A stretch of 64,000 bases of DNA from positions 3,410,001 to 3,474,000 of the forward strand of contig MU054212.1 of NCBI GenBank assembly GCA_013239625.1. Direction: 5' to 3'. A program made the translations under genes and the position numbers. Origin of the DNA: Lama guanicoe. Its lineage: Eukaryota. Under the pieces are notes generated by a model that did no database searches, was not told the DNA's origin, and was given only the letters and a program-made list of their open reading frames with translations. How positions within the stretch are numbered: the stretch's first letter is position 1; each line of letters begins with the position of its first letter. Below, piece by piece: positions 63,215 to 64,000 of the stretch.

Positions 63215-64000
63215 ATTAATCTAAAAGTGGTTATTGAGCACACACTCTGTGCCAAGTTCATATGCCAAGCTCCAAGAAGCAGCACAGAGGACCTCTGCCC
63301 TCAAAAGTTGACTATCCAAGACCTGGAGATTCAAATGATGGAAGGCAAATAAAAGGCAATAGATAAAGGTATGGAGCACACTGCAAATCCTGCAGGAATC
63401 CAGAGAGGAAAGATCTTAGTGGGCTGTCGACAAGCAAGCTGGCTTTCTTGGAGGAGAAGAACTTGGCCTGGAACTTTGAACCACAGTAAGACTGCATTGG
63501 CCAAGAAGAGGAGGAAAGAGATTCCTGGACATGGAACAAGATTGGGTAAAGAGCAGACTGAGTGAAGAACCCAGTAAAACCATCAGTGTGAGTGAAATGA
63601 ATTAATAATGATCATTTTGGACAGGCAGATTAGAGGACTTGAAGGAAAGCTCCGAATCTGTAGTTTGACCTTGATGGATAGATCATGGGTGATAGTGTAG
63701 ATTCTTTAGCTAAAAATGATGATAAGGGCACAGCACCACAGGAACATAAATTGGACGGTTTTCATACTGGATGGGTTAGAAATGAAGAAGAGAGAGAGAG
63801 GTGCCTGGGATGGTCTAAGACTGAGGACTTGGATGAAAGTCATAGCAGGGGGTTGGCTAGGAGATGAACAGAGAAACACTGAAAGGGACATTAGGCAGGA
63901 ACATCTGAGTGATAATCTGAAATGCTTAATTAGTGACATGGAGAAAGTATTACACCTAAGATTCAGCATATGAAACGCTTTAAAACTCATGGCTTTTAGA
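63215..64000. mobile_element. L2 LINE fragment running to the window end
   Basis: 'ttattgagcacacactctgtgccaag..ctctgccctcaaaagttgact' L2 3' end followed by a purine-rich body. Confidence 0.65.

Overview
Mammalian, AT-rich, CpG-depleted, repeat-rich intronic or intergenic DNA. I see no prokaryotic features, CRISPR arrays, rRNA or tRNA. The repeat content (old L1M/L2/MIR/MLT1/hAT copies, a younger L1 3' UTR family, a MER41-like LTR, and no recognisable Alu, B1, Can-SINE, PRE or Bov-A/tA SINEs) suggests a cetartiodactyl, most likely a camelid; this is an inference from recalled repeat consensus sequences, not a database search. No complete protein-coding gene can be recognised. The only protein-like ORFs are decayed LINE-1 ORF2 fragments. 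The main non-repeat signals are: (i) an isolated CpG-dense + strand exon candidate at 50141-50427 with near-perfect splice sites; (ii) three small - strand exon candidates (59234-59195, 31751-31657, 9335-9314) that join into one open frame; (iii) an 83-bp polyadenylated non-L1 retro-insertion flanked by a 17-bp target-site duplication (TSD) at 59785-59901; (iv) several nested solo LTRs with readable TSDs, including a MER41-like LTR inside another LTR; (v) CRE, NF-kB, GC-box and CTCF-like motifs and CpG-retaining patches. Repeat subfamily names and boundaries were assigned by eye and are approximate.
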